A stretch of DNA of 64,000 nucleotides from Raillietiella orientalis. Taxonomy: Eukaryota. This document shows positions 1-12,250 of the stretch, piece by piece. The notes beneath the pieces are model-generated. The model was not told the DNA's origin and did not search any database. It was given only the letters and a program-made list of their open reading frames with translations. The position numbers and the translations under genes were made by a program. The DNA lies in the NCBI GenBank assembly GCA_036172245.1, contig JAYWIR010000001.1, forward strand, positions 6,510,001 through 6,574,000, given 5' to 3'. Position 1 is the first letter of the stretch; the number at the start of each line of letters is the position of its first letter.

Positions 1-603
1 GACAGGGGAGGGGGAGAGAAGGAAACCCGGCAGGAGCGCGCCGGGCCCGGTTTGGGGGCGCCCTCGCCGAAAGGACCCCTGCTCGGGTGGGACCCGGATC
101 GCACGTATGCGCTCTCGGCGCCGCTCCCGCCGGGGCCTCCCGGATCGCACGCGTGCGCGGTCCGCCGCCTCCACCGACCACGGATGTAAACACGCAGGTC
201 GCACAGGACGCGGCACGCATTGTGCGCGCGTCTGTTTACGTCCGCGGTCGGGATGAAACAGCGCCGCCCTGCCCCGAAAAGGAGCCGCTGCCGCTGCCGG
301 GACGCCCGCCGCTGCGAGGGGAGGTCGGGCGTTCCCGGGTCGGGCAGAGTGGGGCTCGCAAGCGACTAAGTTTCTTTGCCCTGGGGTGGGGAGGCATCCT
401 CGCGGAGAGGACCCTGGGACGAGGCAGGCAGAAGGAAGCGCGCCCCTGGAGGTAGCCGCGCACCCCCGCATCCCAGCAGAGGACCCGGCACTTGCCACCG
501 GTCGAGAAAGAACGAAGGCCGCGCCCTGCTGCCCTCGGAAAGGCGGCGCGAAGGGCGGGGCGTGCACCCGGCGCCAGCGCCGCGCCCATTCCCTGCTGCT
601 TAC

Positions 604-785
604 CTTGCTGGAAGTAGTTGGCCTTGCGGATGTACACGCAGACCAGCGCCATGAGCTGCAGCTGGCTGAGCCGCTGGCGCGTCGTCGCCGGCAGGGGCAG
701 CAGGTCACGGAGGTTGGCGATCTCGCCGTTGATCAGGTCGCGGCGCAGCTTGCTAGCTCCCTTGGTGGACTTCTGGGAGTCGTAG
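604..785 (-). CDS. dysf: bHLH exon of a dysfusion/NPAS4-family bHLH-PAS transcription factor; gene continues beyond the window start
   Basis: Encodes YDSQKSTKGASKLRRDLINGEIANLRDLLPLPATTRQRLSQLQLMALVCVYIRKANYFQQ, near-identical to the arthropod Dysfusion bHLH as I recall it. Bounded by a polypyrimidine-AG acceptor (786-787) and a GTAAG donor (603-599). 182 nt = 1+60x3+1. Confidence 0.93.
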
Positions 786-1640
786 CTGGGGGGAGGCGGG
801 AGGAGGAAGACGAAAGGGGTGGGGAGCTGCAAGGCGCGGGTCGGGGGTCGGGGATGGAAGGGGAGCAGGGGAGCCGCCCACGCTACTCCGCATTCCGCTC
901 TCGGCTCCCCAGAGGGGAGGCAAAGGGAGGGATGGCGACGGCGGCGCCGAGGGGGCCGCCGCGGGCGCGGGCGCGCCTGGAAAAGTCTGTGCGGACTGTC
1001 GCGGACACGCAACGCCGCCGCCGCAGCCGCCGAGCGCGGCCCAGGTGTGCGCTTCGCCCTGCGAAGAGGACTTTTGATTTCGGGATGGCGCAGCTTTTTT
1101 CCTGGGGGAGGCCGGGAGAGTCAGGCTAGAGGAAACGCCCCCTTGCCTCCTCCCCTTCCGTGCCTTAGCGTGCAGTCGCGCGCGGGCCGCTGCGCCCACC
1201 CTTGGCCTTCTCTCCATGGGGAGGCGAGGTCCTGGAAGGGACAGCGGCGGCGAGTCGTGGGGCCCGGAGGCGTCGCCTCCCGTTGGCGGGGCCCGCCGCG
1301 GGACGTCCCGCGCGGACGACGGTTCGCGGTCGCATCGCAACTGAAGGTCGCTGGCGCTGCGCCCTCGTATGGGAGAGGGAGAGAGAGAGGGAGGTCCAAG
1401 ACGAGGCATGCCCGTCCCTCCGGGAGGTCACTGGGGGGTCACTGAGGGAGTCACTCCGGGAAATGTCCGAGCGGGCAGCGGGACGGGTGACGTGCCGCCA
1501 GCGGGGTGTCCGTCCACCGGCCGAAGTAGGGCGGGCGGCACGGTTCCCCCTCCCCTCCGCTCCCTTACGAAAGCAAGGCGTCGGCAAGGTGGGTGTGGGA
1601 GGGTGCGGGTAGGTGGGTGGGGTGCGCCTGCGACAGCTAC

Positions 1641-1696
1641 CTGCAGGTGGCGTCCGTTCTTTCCATCTGCGCTCCCTCGCTCTCACCGACGCTCAT
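1641..1696 (-). CDS. dysf: Probable first coding exon of the dysfusion/NPAS4 gene (MSVGESEGAQMERTDATC)
   Basis: ATG at 1696, 18 codons + AG, then a GTAGCT donor. Phase 2 joins the bHLH exon exactly (AG+C = Ser). Candidate acceptor ctccttag upstream at 1758-1759. Confidence 0.65.
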
Positions 1697-1769
1697 GCAT
1701 GTCGCCCCGGCAACCGCAAGAAATCCGCGTACGCTCACCGCCGCGACGCACCGCTCACTAAGGAGACGA

Positions 1770-1885
1770 GGCGGCGGCGGTTGCGGCGGCGGCGGCGGCG
1801 GCGACGGCGGCGGCGGGAGAGTCGGGGGAAAAGGGAGGAAAAAAAAAAAAAAAAACCTCGTGTGTGTGTGTGCGCGCGCGCGCGC
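1770..1885. repeat. Compound simple repeat: interrupted (GGC)n, A17, then (TG)n(CG)n
   Basis: Read directly: GGC run 1770-1816, A-run 1839-1855, alternating purine-pyrimidine tract 1859-1885. Confidence 0.9.
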
Positions 1886-3439
1886 TCGAGGAGAGGAAAG
1901 AAAAAAAAAATCTCCTTTGCCCGAGGGCGGATCTGCTGGACCTTCGCGCGCCGCTCCTCGGCCGCCGACGCCGACACCGATCAGCTGATCGCGCGCGGGC
2001 GCCCTCGCCGAGGGGACCCTGCCGAGGAGGAGGGGGAAAGGGGCAGTCACTCGATCCTGACCGCGTCCAGGAAGGACACAGCGGGGAGGACCCTCGAAAG
2101 GCGCGGCGCACGCGTGGGCGCCCGCAGTGCTTCTCAGGGCGCGCGGGGAGAGGCTCACGGGAAGACCGTGCGGCGGCGCCGGCGTTCTGGGTGCGCGCAT
2201 GCGGTGCTCGCGGGGCAGGACGACGCGTGGGAGGCTCGGGTGATGCGTCGGGTGAAACCGCCGCGCCTCCAGAAGAGCGGAGGGTGGAGGAGGCCCTCGA
2301 GGTGGCGGCTTTTCCCGCCCTCGTCCTTACGTCGCCCGCGCCATCGTGGATGATGGGCGCCTCCACCACGACTCAGCGAGGAGGCGGTGGCGGTCCGACC
2401 TGCCTCCCGTTTCCTCGAAGACGGCAAGCGCCTCCCGGCCGGCTTCTTCCGCGCGCCCCGCTAATGGCCGGCAGCCCCGCGGCGTGCGCTCGGGGGCGGC
2501 CCCCGTCGCCAAGGCGCCTAATCGCTGCAAATTGCGCGCCTTAACGGCGCGGTGGGAAGGGCGGCGGCGCGGAAAGAGGCGCTGCCTCCTCCGAGGAGAC
2601 ACTGGGCGACGCGTCCGGAGCCGGCGCCGAGTTCCCTGCTGACCGCGCTCAGGGCGAGGGAGGCGGCGATGTTGTGACGTTACGGCACCGGCAAAGCGGC
2701 AGCGGTGGAGGCGTTCCGACGAGGCTCCAGACTGGGTGCCGTCCGTTGCTTACGGAAACCGCGCGTAGTAGGGCGAGGGAGGGCGCCGGGAACGGGACGG
2801 GGTCTCTCGGACGCCTTCCTTCCCGGGACAATTCCATGCGGGAAGGCGCGCGCGTCAGGAGTTACCCCTTCGAGGAGTTGCTAAGAAAGTACGGGGTGGG
2901 GGAACGGGACGCGCGAGCGTGTAGGCCGCCCTCGGAGCGCTCCTGGAGAAAGCTGACCGCACACAGCCGCAAAATGCCAACCGAGGCACTCTCGAAGGGA
3001 CGAGTGCCCCCACCTCCCCCAAGCGTGCGAGCGTTTCCGGAAGAAGCGGCCGGTGAAGGGGCGCCCGGAGGCTGGGAGGGAATGGAGTGGGAGGAAGAGG
3101 AGAAAGCAACAGAGGAGCCAGCCCTGCTCGGACGGCGTGCAAAGGGCGGGACAGTTCAGGTCAAGGGCACCTTCTGGGTGCTTCCTCCCTGCGCCCTTCT
3201 TCGGGGGCTCTCCCGTGCAGGAGCAAGGTCGCTGCAGCGGTTCTACAGTGGACTTCCCGAGGAAGGCGGGAAGATCCAATGCCCGGCAATGGCGGCGCTT
3301 CGCCCACGCGGCCCCTCCTCGACGAAGGGTGGAGGAGAATGCGACTCACTCACCAGCCGACCACGCTGCCACTTCCGCCTACTCGCCCACCCCAACTCCC
3401 CCCCTTTCGCTCCCCCACGCTCCAGCAGCTGCGCACGCG

Positions 3440-3730
3440 CGAAGCCCGGCCAGCCAATTGCGAGTGGCGTGTGACGTCACCTGCACTCGGAGGATTCCGC
3501 CGCGTCCCATTGGACGGGCGCGACCCGGCCCGAGCGCACGGAGACCGCGCGGCGCTGCTTGCGCTCCGGCCGCGACGTCGCTGAGGCAACCCTGCCACGG
3601 CCTCCGCTATGTGCGCCGGACTTCCGGGTCGTCCCGCTTCCGCCAACGCCCCTCCCTTTTTTCCCACTTTCTCCCTGACGCGTCCCCGCCGGGCCCCGGG
3701 GCCGGATGGCCCACCCGGAAGCACCTCCTC
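3440..3730. promoter_or_regulatory. CpG-island-type promoter/enhancer module upstream of the dys/NPAS4 gene
   Basis: CCAAT 3454-3458, perfect CRE palindrome GTGACGTCAC 3471-3480, reverse CCAAT near 3509-3513, ETS-like CCGGAAG/CTTCCG motifs at about 3620-3720. Confidence 0.45.
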
Positions 3731-5099
3731 TTTGTCGCGTCTCGCGCCGAGGGTCCCGGAGGAGGAAGACTCTCCCTTCCTCGTCTGCTCCCCAGGGCGC
3801 ACGGGACCCGCCCTGCCTCCGCCCCTTCCTCCTCGGCCGCCGCCAGGGCTCCCCGCGGGCACCCTCGGAAGCGCGGAGCCGCGGGTCGCCCGCGGCGGAC
3901 AAAAGGGGACAGCAGGAAGCCACGAGCGCCGCGGGAGCGGGGGAGGGGGAGGGGTGGGGAGGAGACGGCGGCGGCGCACGCGCGCGCACGTGCGCCGCCG
4001 ACGGCCCGCCGAGAGCCAGCGGGAGGTCGCCGCGGGAGGGCGGCCGCCAACCCGCGACGGCCCGCATTTGCATGGAGCGCCTTCAGGCCGCCGTAAGGGC
4101 CGAGAGCACCACCCCGGGACGCTGCCTGCCAAAGGGCGCGGCGGGCGGCCCCCTGCCCGGCAGGAGGAGCACCGGAGCAACCGCAGCATCGGGAAGAGGA
4201 GGGGCAAGGACAAAGGCGGGTGCGTTTCCGCGGCGACGGGGAGAGGAGACGCAGGTTTCCGGAGGGAGGGCAAGAGGAGCTGCGGAGACCAGTCACCTAG
4301 GGACGCGTGACCGACCCCCGCCCTTCCCTCCGCGCGAGGGCTGCCCTCCTCCCTCCATTCCGCCAAGTCCCTCCCTGCCATCCTGCTGCCTCGCGCTCGG
4401 ACAGAATCCCCTGAGCGCTGGGTCGCACGCCAATGGTGTCTCGGCGCCTTCCCGGCGTCGGCCCTGCTCCACATCTATCACCGGCTCTTCCTTCCTCCTT
4501 TCTTGATTCCGTCCACACGTTCGTTGCCCCACCCTACACGTCCATTCGTCGATTTCCCCAATTCCAATCCACGCTTCATTCTTCCTCCACTTCCACTCCT
4601 GCACCGGTCCTCCTGAACTGCTTGCACTCGCCGCATACCCGCGTCCTTGCGTGGTCACGCTTGGCCTTACCTGGTCCCCTGGAAGATTGCGTTGTGCGGG
4701 CGGTAGTGCTTTCAGGCTCTCGGCTTCGTCGCGCCCGGATCCGCCAGATATCGGTACCGCGCGCGAGCGCTCCGTGGGGAGAGTTACGGAGGGCAGACCA
4801 GGGTCCGGGGAGATGCTGCCGCTCGGAACGACGGGGTCTGCGGATGAGCCCTGAGTCGCGGGGCCTCGCGGGTTCTTCCGGGAAGGCGTACGGGGAGCCC
4901 TGCCCCCGCCTCTGGGTCCGCGGCGGCGGCTTTGTGGCGACCACCCTCTCCTGCGTGCCCGGGGCCGCATGAAGACCTCGGCGTTCCGTAGGGTGGCGCT
5001 AGCCGCATCTGGCGCCACCCCACCGTCCCTCGTGGAGGGGTGCTGCCTTGGTGGTCTCCCTAGAGGACAGATGTGGGCGGGTTCCTGCTGCCTGGGTGA

Positions 5100-6350
5100 C
5101 CCGAGGGACGCTGCCTCCCCGGGAAGGGCAGCACCCTGTGCAGCGGCGCGACTCCGACGTTCAGGTCGGGGAGCTACCCAGCCGCGTCTCGAAGTCCCCG
5201 TCTCCTCAGCGGGAAGAAGACCGGTGATATTCCTAGAGGGAGGATGGGGAAGTGAGCGGAATGCCGCAAAGGTGGTCCCCGAACGCTTCTAGCGGGAGCC
5301 GGCGGCAAGAGCTGCCCCCATCCGGCCTCGCGTGCGGACGCATCGGCCTGCGATGCACGGGAAGCAACGATGCGGCCCACATTGATGCCTATATCCCCTC
5401 CCCCTTCTCCAGAACTGGGGGACCCTCCGCATGCAAAGGGCATGGCGGCTCCCCCACATCCTGGGAGTTTCCCCTGCAAACGATCGGAAACGCGCTCGTG
5501 ACTTGCACGGGAGGCACGGGCGGCGTAGGGGAGGGGAGTAGGAGCTTCTGGTGGGTGCAACGGGGATTCCGAGAGTGCCCGGAAAAGTCGTCCTCAGGGC
5601 TCCGCTGCTGTGGATAGGGGAAGGCAGATGAGTCATCAGGAAATGTCGGATGCGGTTTAATCAGACGGATCAAAGAATCTTCAGGCGGGAAGATCATGGG
5701 AAACGGCCGAGCGATAATTGTGGAAGGAGGTTGCTCGTTCCGTGAGCGCATCTCCTGGAAAAGGGAGCAGGGCAGCGCCACAGGTACCGGAAGGGGGATA
5801 AGGGGTACCCTCGCCTGGCTGAGTCCGGGTCGACCATTTCGCTCCTGACTGCCCCGTCTCACTCGAGGCCCTCAGTCGGGGAGGCTCGCGGAGAAACCTG
5901 CGTGGGGCAGAGTCCCTTCCTTCGCGGAGCCGCAGCCTCTTCCGAGAGGCTCACGCGATGGGGCTCCGGAGGATCGGGCGGCGGCACCTCACCTCGCAGG
6001 ATTCCCCCCTTGCAGCAGCCGCGCCCCTGGTGGGGACTTCCCATAGGACCCGTGATATTTCCCTCGGGAACCACCCAAGTTTCGGAGTCTGTCAAAGGCG
6101 CGTGCGCGCGGAAGGGGGAGGGTCAGTCCAACTCCAGTCCACCGTGGAACACAGGTGGTCAGGAAGCAGGCCACTCCAGGCAAGAAACAGCCAGACTCTT
6201 AGGAGGATTGCCCGTTCCCGCCGTCGGGACAACGACGCAGCCCCTCCGGGCAGTGGCAGCTCCTCTCTCCCGTCGGGCGATCGAATCAAGCGGATTTTCC
6301 CACCCGGGGTCCGCGCATCCCGGAAAGGAGAGGGGGGGAGGTGACCTCCC
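5100..6350 (-). mobile_element. Degenerate non-LTR reverse transcriptase relic (CR1/L2-like)
   Basis: Frameshifted motif remnants in RT order: NITGPMGSPHQG (DxSKAFDxVPH-like), PTFPDDSSAF (FADD-like), DIGINVGRIV (KDLGVxVD-like). Boundaries approximate. Confidence 0.4.
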
Positions 6351-9300
6351 TCCAACTCCTCCACCGTGCGAAGAGAGGTTGCTCGGCTCCTCCCGGGAGG
6401 CGGCCATGGCGTGGCTCGAGGCGTTGTGGGCAGGTTGGGAGGCGCAGGAGGTCCGCCGTTCCGCCCCGGAAGCTTCCAGGATGGAATGGCGCTCGAGGGC
6501 GGGAGGAGAGGTTCGGGCGACGGTAGGCGGTCCTCAACGCACGAAGAACGAGGAGCGCGTGCCGCGGAGCGCGGGAGCGCGCGGCGCCTGACGTCCGCGT
6601 GCGTTCACTCCCGAAGTTTCCGGGGCGCGTGCGCAACGCGTGCCGAACGATCACGCGTGATGCTACCCGCTGCACGCTTCGCGCGAGCACTTCTTTCCCC
6701 AGCGGTTGCCCAGCGACGTTCCTGAGACCATTCTGCGGGGAGTGCAAGCGAGCTGACCCAGAAGAACAGTGAGGTGGAGGACAGAGCTGGAGGAGTGGCC
6801 TTCTCCTTCGAGCGCGGGACCTGCCTGGAAACGGAGGATGACCGCACGCGGACGAATAGGGATGCCGGCCAGGAGGCGGCGCTGGAGGGTCCATTTCCGT
6901 CCATAGGAAGCGGCGTTCCCTTCCTCCGCCCCGCACCCACTCTGCCGGCCCTTTGTCCCGAGGGCCTCCGCCGGAGGCTACTCACCTTGGAGAACCCCAT
7001 CCCTGGGCTCGCGATTCCCACCTCCTCGGGCGTCCGGCGCTCCAGAAAGGGCAACCAGGGCGATTCGTGACCGGCGGCCGATCGGCACCCGTCTCGGCAG
7101 GCCGGACTTCTGCGTGCTGGCACGATGCGCGGTCAGGCGGAGCTACGGGCGTCCGGCCCGCCTGGTGGCGGCAGAGGCCCTCCGTGCCCTTTCCGGCCGT
7201 GCGCCACCTGCTAGAGCGTGGGCGCGCGCGCGCCGACCTCACTCCCTTTGTGCGTCATCTCCACCCTCCTCCACGATGACGCGCCGGAATGCGGCGGTTC
7301 CCATGGTTGCAGCGCCCGCCGGCTCCTCTCCGGAGGCCGGCCGCTCGCGGTCGCCTTTCGCCCCTGTCAGAACAAAACCGGAGGGGCCCGCGTGACTCGG
7401 CCCCGTCAGTGCGTACGCCGCGACCCGACCCCGCGGTCGTCATCCCCCGGAGACACGTCTCATCGCCAAACAACGATCCTGCAAGTCATCCCCGCTGGCT
7501 GCGACGGTCAACACGGGCGCTTTCCACGAGTCATCGCGGAGGCCGCGACGTCGGGTCGGCCATGATCGGCTCGGAATCCCGTCGGCTCGGTCACGAAGGA
7601 GCCGCTGCCAAGGCGGGGAGGGGGAGCGCCGCCGCCGCGTTTCGTCCGGCGCACGCAGGTGCGCGAGGGGAGGGGGGGCGCCCTCCGAGAGCCCCTCTAG
7701 CGTTGGTGGGTGCCCCGGAGGCTGGCTCAGTGGGAGATGTGCACTCACCCTCCCCCGGTCTGCCGAGGGTTGGCACCTCACGTGTAGGGAGGGGCGGCCG
7801 CCGCTGGTGCCGCCGCGGGGCGGAGGAATTCCCCACTCCGTGCGCGTCCGCCCGCCCGCTCGCGCGCGCGCATCCCAGCCTACGGACCAGACCGCAATGA
7901 TTGTGTGCCGTCGTCGTATCGACTCGGGCTCGCGCAGCTCCCCGCATCACGCATTTCGCTCACGTAGCCCTCCGCGAGCCCGCGGGCACCCGCCTCGACG
8001 CGCGACTCGGCTCGCCCGACGAGCTGCCGCCTCCTTCCCCCTTCCCGCTGGCATAGGGGGAGTCGTTGTCGTCGGAGTATCGGGGTCTCTTCCCCTTTCG
8101 GAGACGATCCCGATAGGAAGCGGACGAAGGATCGGCGGCGACTCCAGGACTTCACGGAGAGGATCGGCTTGGGTGGGGGGATACGTACCGGAGGCGCCAG
8201 AGGACAGGTGGATCCCAGCTGACCGCAAGGGGTGTCGGGTGCCCGCTCCTCGGGCGCTGTGGGCGTTGCTGACCCAGCCACAGTGGTGCACGGGAGGGTG
8301 ACAGCGAATCCTGGCGGCGGCAGTTGCGCTGAAGACCCGAGAGCGAGCCGGCGCTACCGGGACGTCGACAGGAGGTAGCGCCCGGGAACGAAACGGGTCG
8401 CCGCTCTCGACGAGCACCGCTCTTCCGCTCCCCCCTCCCCTTCGTGTCGTGCTCGGCCCGCGGTGGCAAATGCCCGGCGTCCGGGAGACTTCTCCAGGAA
8501 CGCCGGCCGGCTGTTGCGGCGCGCTCCGCGCTGCCCCTGTGCGCCACCACGGCGGCGCGCACGAAAAATCCAGACACTTTCGTTTTCGCAACCGGTTCAA
8601 GGTCACCGGCAGAGAATCCGATCAGGGTACGCTGGAACTCGGATGAGGCGGCCAGTACGGGAAAGGGGGAGAGGGCTGTCTGACTGACCACATGTATCCA
8701 GAGAAGGCAAGTGGGAAAGGATTCTGCGTGTTTCCCCCTCCCCCTTTCCCTCCCTTCCCTTTTCTTCCTCCCCACGAGCGTTCGTTCGAGAATGCGGAAA
8801 AGAAATGCAAATTTGGGAAGCTGCGCTCTTTCACTGCCTGGTGACTGCGCGGCTGCCGTAATGACCGCTGCCCATGGAACGAGTCTGAGCACAGCGGAGT
8901 CTTCGGTGGGAGTGCCGGCAAGCAAGGCGACCGATAATTCACGAGCGCGCGGCTCGTGGCGTCGCTCGCTCCTCGCCACCGGGACGACCTCTCACTGCTT
9001 GCGCCACCACCGGGCCGCCGGCTGGGCACGGCAGGTCTTCGAGGAGCGAGACCCACGGCGCGTGTCGGCGGCGGTCACCCCTAATCTCCCGGGAAACAGG
9101 GAAAGGGGAGCCGGACGGAAGCCTCCGCGAGTTCCTGGCCCGCAGTTTCGCGCCCGAGGTGCGGATGGTCCAGCGGGAGCACTGAGGAAGGCGTCGCGGA
9201 GGCAAGAATCTCCTGGTGGACTTCTGTTCGTGGAGGAGCAAGAGGCGGAGGAGGCATGGAAGGCAGCGGCGGCTCGATCTCGAACGGGGTGGGGGAACAG

Positions 9301-9499
9301 TTCCTGGAATTTCTAAGGGAAGGCACCTCGGAGGAGGAAATGGCCGGCGGCGGTCGCTCCGCGGGATTCCTAGCCTAGGGGTTTCCCGGCCCGTGACCTG
9401 CTCGGAAGCGCTTCGGTTCCGGAATTCGGTCCCCGGAAAGCGGGAACGCGAACCGAGTCAAAATCTAGAGCGTCATCCATCACGGGAGCGTTGTATGGA

Positions 9500-10860
9500 T
9501 CAGTGTTGAATCCAAAAAAAAAAAAATCTGCTTTTTTTTTTCCCCGCAGCATCAGTAATTACTTTTTATCTTGAAATCTGTATTCCAATTCTGACCTGCC
9601 TTTGAGTCAGCGCATTCGTCGAATTCCCTTTGAGCACCGCTCGAAATTTTTTTTTTTTTCTGGAGGTATTTCGAGAACACGGCAAAAGGAACGGCAATGC
9701 TGCCAGATGCAAATGGGCAAATTGGAAAAAATTTTCGTCTTCTGGCTCACTCAAGGCTTCCCGCGCCAGTATTAATATTTACAATGCGTTTGCGAGGTAT
9801 CGAGGTGTAATGCAAATATCTTTCGTCGAAGCTGTTGTTGTTTATTAAATGGTTTTCTTATATAAAGCAAACTGTAAACATGTAAATACAGCTGCTGGCA
9901 CGATAGGAATAAAATTCGTACGTACGTATTCATAAAAACGGCCGTGCCTGATTAATCATTATTTTTCACAGCATGCCGTGTTCATATAAATCTGGATGCA
10001 TAAATTCACGAAGCATTTGAATTACTTTATTCGGTATATGGGATAGCTTAAATCATTTGTGTGAGGCAGTACGATAAATGGTATTTCAAAAAATATATAC
10101 TGAAAAAAAAAAAAAAAAATTGTACCTGCTGTTTTTTTAACAGTTACTCGATTCTGTCTCTGGCTTGATGTTCCTCTCTCTCTCTTTTTCTCTCTTTCTC
10201 GATCTTATTCATTCCTGCCCCCATTTCGTTTTCGTTAGCAGCATTTAGTAATGCACAAGTTTGCACTTTCCCCGCTCGAAAGTTCTCTTGTTTTCGGATC
10301 TGCGATTCCTCTTTTGCTACAAATATATAATTTATTATCTCCATACCTTTTTTTTTTTCTAAAAAAAAAAAGAAAACTATTTTTGTTACTGCAATTTTTT
10401 CCTTTTTCTTTTTCGATTCTGAAACGTACGCTCTTTGAGCGCAGTGCTATAAATTTATCTTTTTTGAATAATTGTGCGCATATGCGTGCTTTTTTTTTTT
10501 TTGAGTGGCAGCTAGAAGATGGCGGGCCAGCAAAGCAAAGTCGCTTCCTCGGTTTTCATTGTCATCGAGCAAAGCCTCGTGGAAGAAAAGGTAAAAATTT
10601 TGATGATACTCATTGAGATTAATTACAGCGTGCAGTTCCATCCCTTTTTTCCCTCTTTTTTTCTGCCTGTGCTGTGTCAAAGTAGTGGAAATTTTCGTTA
10701 TTCTCTGCGTTCGAAATTGGCATTTTCAATTTTCCATATGGAATTTTTCCACTTGCGTTCAAACTTCGAGGACACACCAAACGCCAGCAAAACGCGTGTA
10801 TTTCATTCTGGCGCGCGTCTTTTTTTTCTTTCCTTTTTCTTTCCTGTGGGGAGATGACGG
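9500..10860. promoter_or_regulatory. AT-rich island with clustered transcription-factor motifs (candidate enhancer)
   Basis: Abrupt AT-rich block inside GC-rich DNA with TGAGTCA (9603-9609), tandem forkhead-like TGTAAACA/TGTAAATA (about 9873-9888), several CATAAA/TAAT sites and long poly(A)/(T) tracts. Confidence 0.35.
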
Positions 10861-11135
10861 TCTGTTTTCTTGGATTCCGGCGATCTGCCAAGTACACCCT
10901 TTGGATGGTATTCGACCGCAACTGAAAGGGTGATCTCTGCGACACTCATCGGGGCATCTGCACTTCCGTTTCCTTGCTCCTGGCGTCCGAATCGGAAACG
11001 CGCGTTCCTTCTGCATCACCTTCACCACGCTGCACGTGGCGATTCTTCGGCTTCGCCGAGAAACTGATGCGAGGCTGTGCGAACTGCTGCCGTGGTGCCC
11101 GGACCTCACTCAAGCGGCCAGCTGCAAAGTTGGCA

Positions 11136-12250
11136 CCCGGCTACTCCGGAGGGTTCATTTTGCAAAAACAAAACAAACCACAAGTTAGCGGGGAAAAGTA
11201 TTCTCTCAGAAAAAAAGAAACGCCGAAAAAAAAAATAAGTTCATCCGGGATAACCACCGGCAGGCAGGCTGGCTTCAAAAAAATGGGGAACGGAGGAAGG
11301 AGGCGAGAAATAAATAAAATAAGACGGGAGAGCGGGAACAGGGGTCTTTGGTATGTAACACTCCTTAATTTTCAGAAGAGACTGTGGATGGTGGCGATCT
11401 TCCCGACGATTTATTCTGGCAGATGAGGCCACCTTGCTGCTGCTCTCATGAGGGCTGCCGCCATACTGGTGGCCTCTCTTCGCCGCCGACTTGATTCCAG
11501 CACATGGCGAACTGTCACTGTGACGCGGATGCAAATGATTATTGCGATCACAGCGCCTTTTTTCAGTCCGCTTTCTGTGAAAAATCGCCGCAGCAAGTGC
11601 AGAGCGGTGTGTCATGCGGTCGACGGGAGCACCGAAGCGAGTCTCCACCACAAGTCCTTCAGGACACTGCAGTCCAACAGGAGGTGCGGGGGCGATGGAA
11701 TCACTTCTGCACCTCGAACAGTTCGTGGGGGCAACTCTCCCGGAAGGCAGATGTCTGCGCTGGTTGCACTGGAATCCCAAATGCAGAAACAGCAGAACTG
11801 TTCCCACCGTAGCGAGTGCACGGAGGTGTCCAAACAAGGGGAAGGGACCACGAGTTCTTCGAGGGGCACACAAAGTTCACACACCACCAAAGGGTGTGAA
11901 CTTTGTGTGCAGCTCCGAAAGAGTCCCTTTGTCCGGAAACGAGAAGTGACGGTGTTCACCAACTTGCTCGTCTTGCAGTCAGCCACGAGGCAGTCCGCGA
12001 GTTTCGCAACCGCTTCTGTCCCTCGCGCTCTCCAGTACGGAGCGTCCCTTGCATTCTCCAGGTCCTCCTCGTTCGGAGGATGCTATGCTCCGGAACGAGA
12101 ACGAACGCTTCCCGGGAGCGCGAAGATGGGCATCCAGGCCGCCGTGGGGCGGATATCGCGGTGTGAAACGCGCGCGCGAGTACCAAAAGCTGGTGGCGGG
12201 CCAGCGACATGGGCGACGAAGAATCCCTGCTGGGGAGTCCAGTCACCTCG
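11136..12250 (-). mobile_element. 3' end of an L1/Tx1-like non-LTR retrotransposon (zf-RVT region and 3' UTR)
   Basis: LHLGFQCNQRRHL...NCSRC and PPHLLLDCSVLKDLWWRLAS in adjacent frames. Homologous to the 47.7-48.0 kb copy. 3' UTR motif shared with the 46.4 kb copy. Confidence 0.7.

Noticed and set aside
236..1012. 258-aa ORF as a whole protein
   Set aside because: Only 604-785 is exonic. The flanks are intronic read-through beyond clear splice sites.
6720..9300. GC-rich stretches that look like decayed coding sequence, possibly transposase or RLE remnants
   Set aside because: No motif series could be assigned with confidence.
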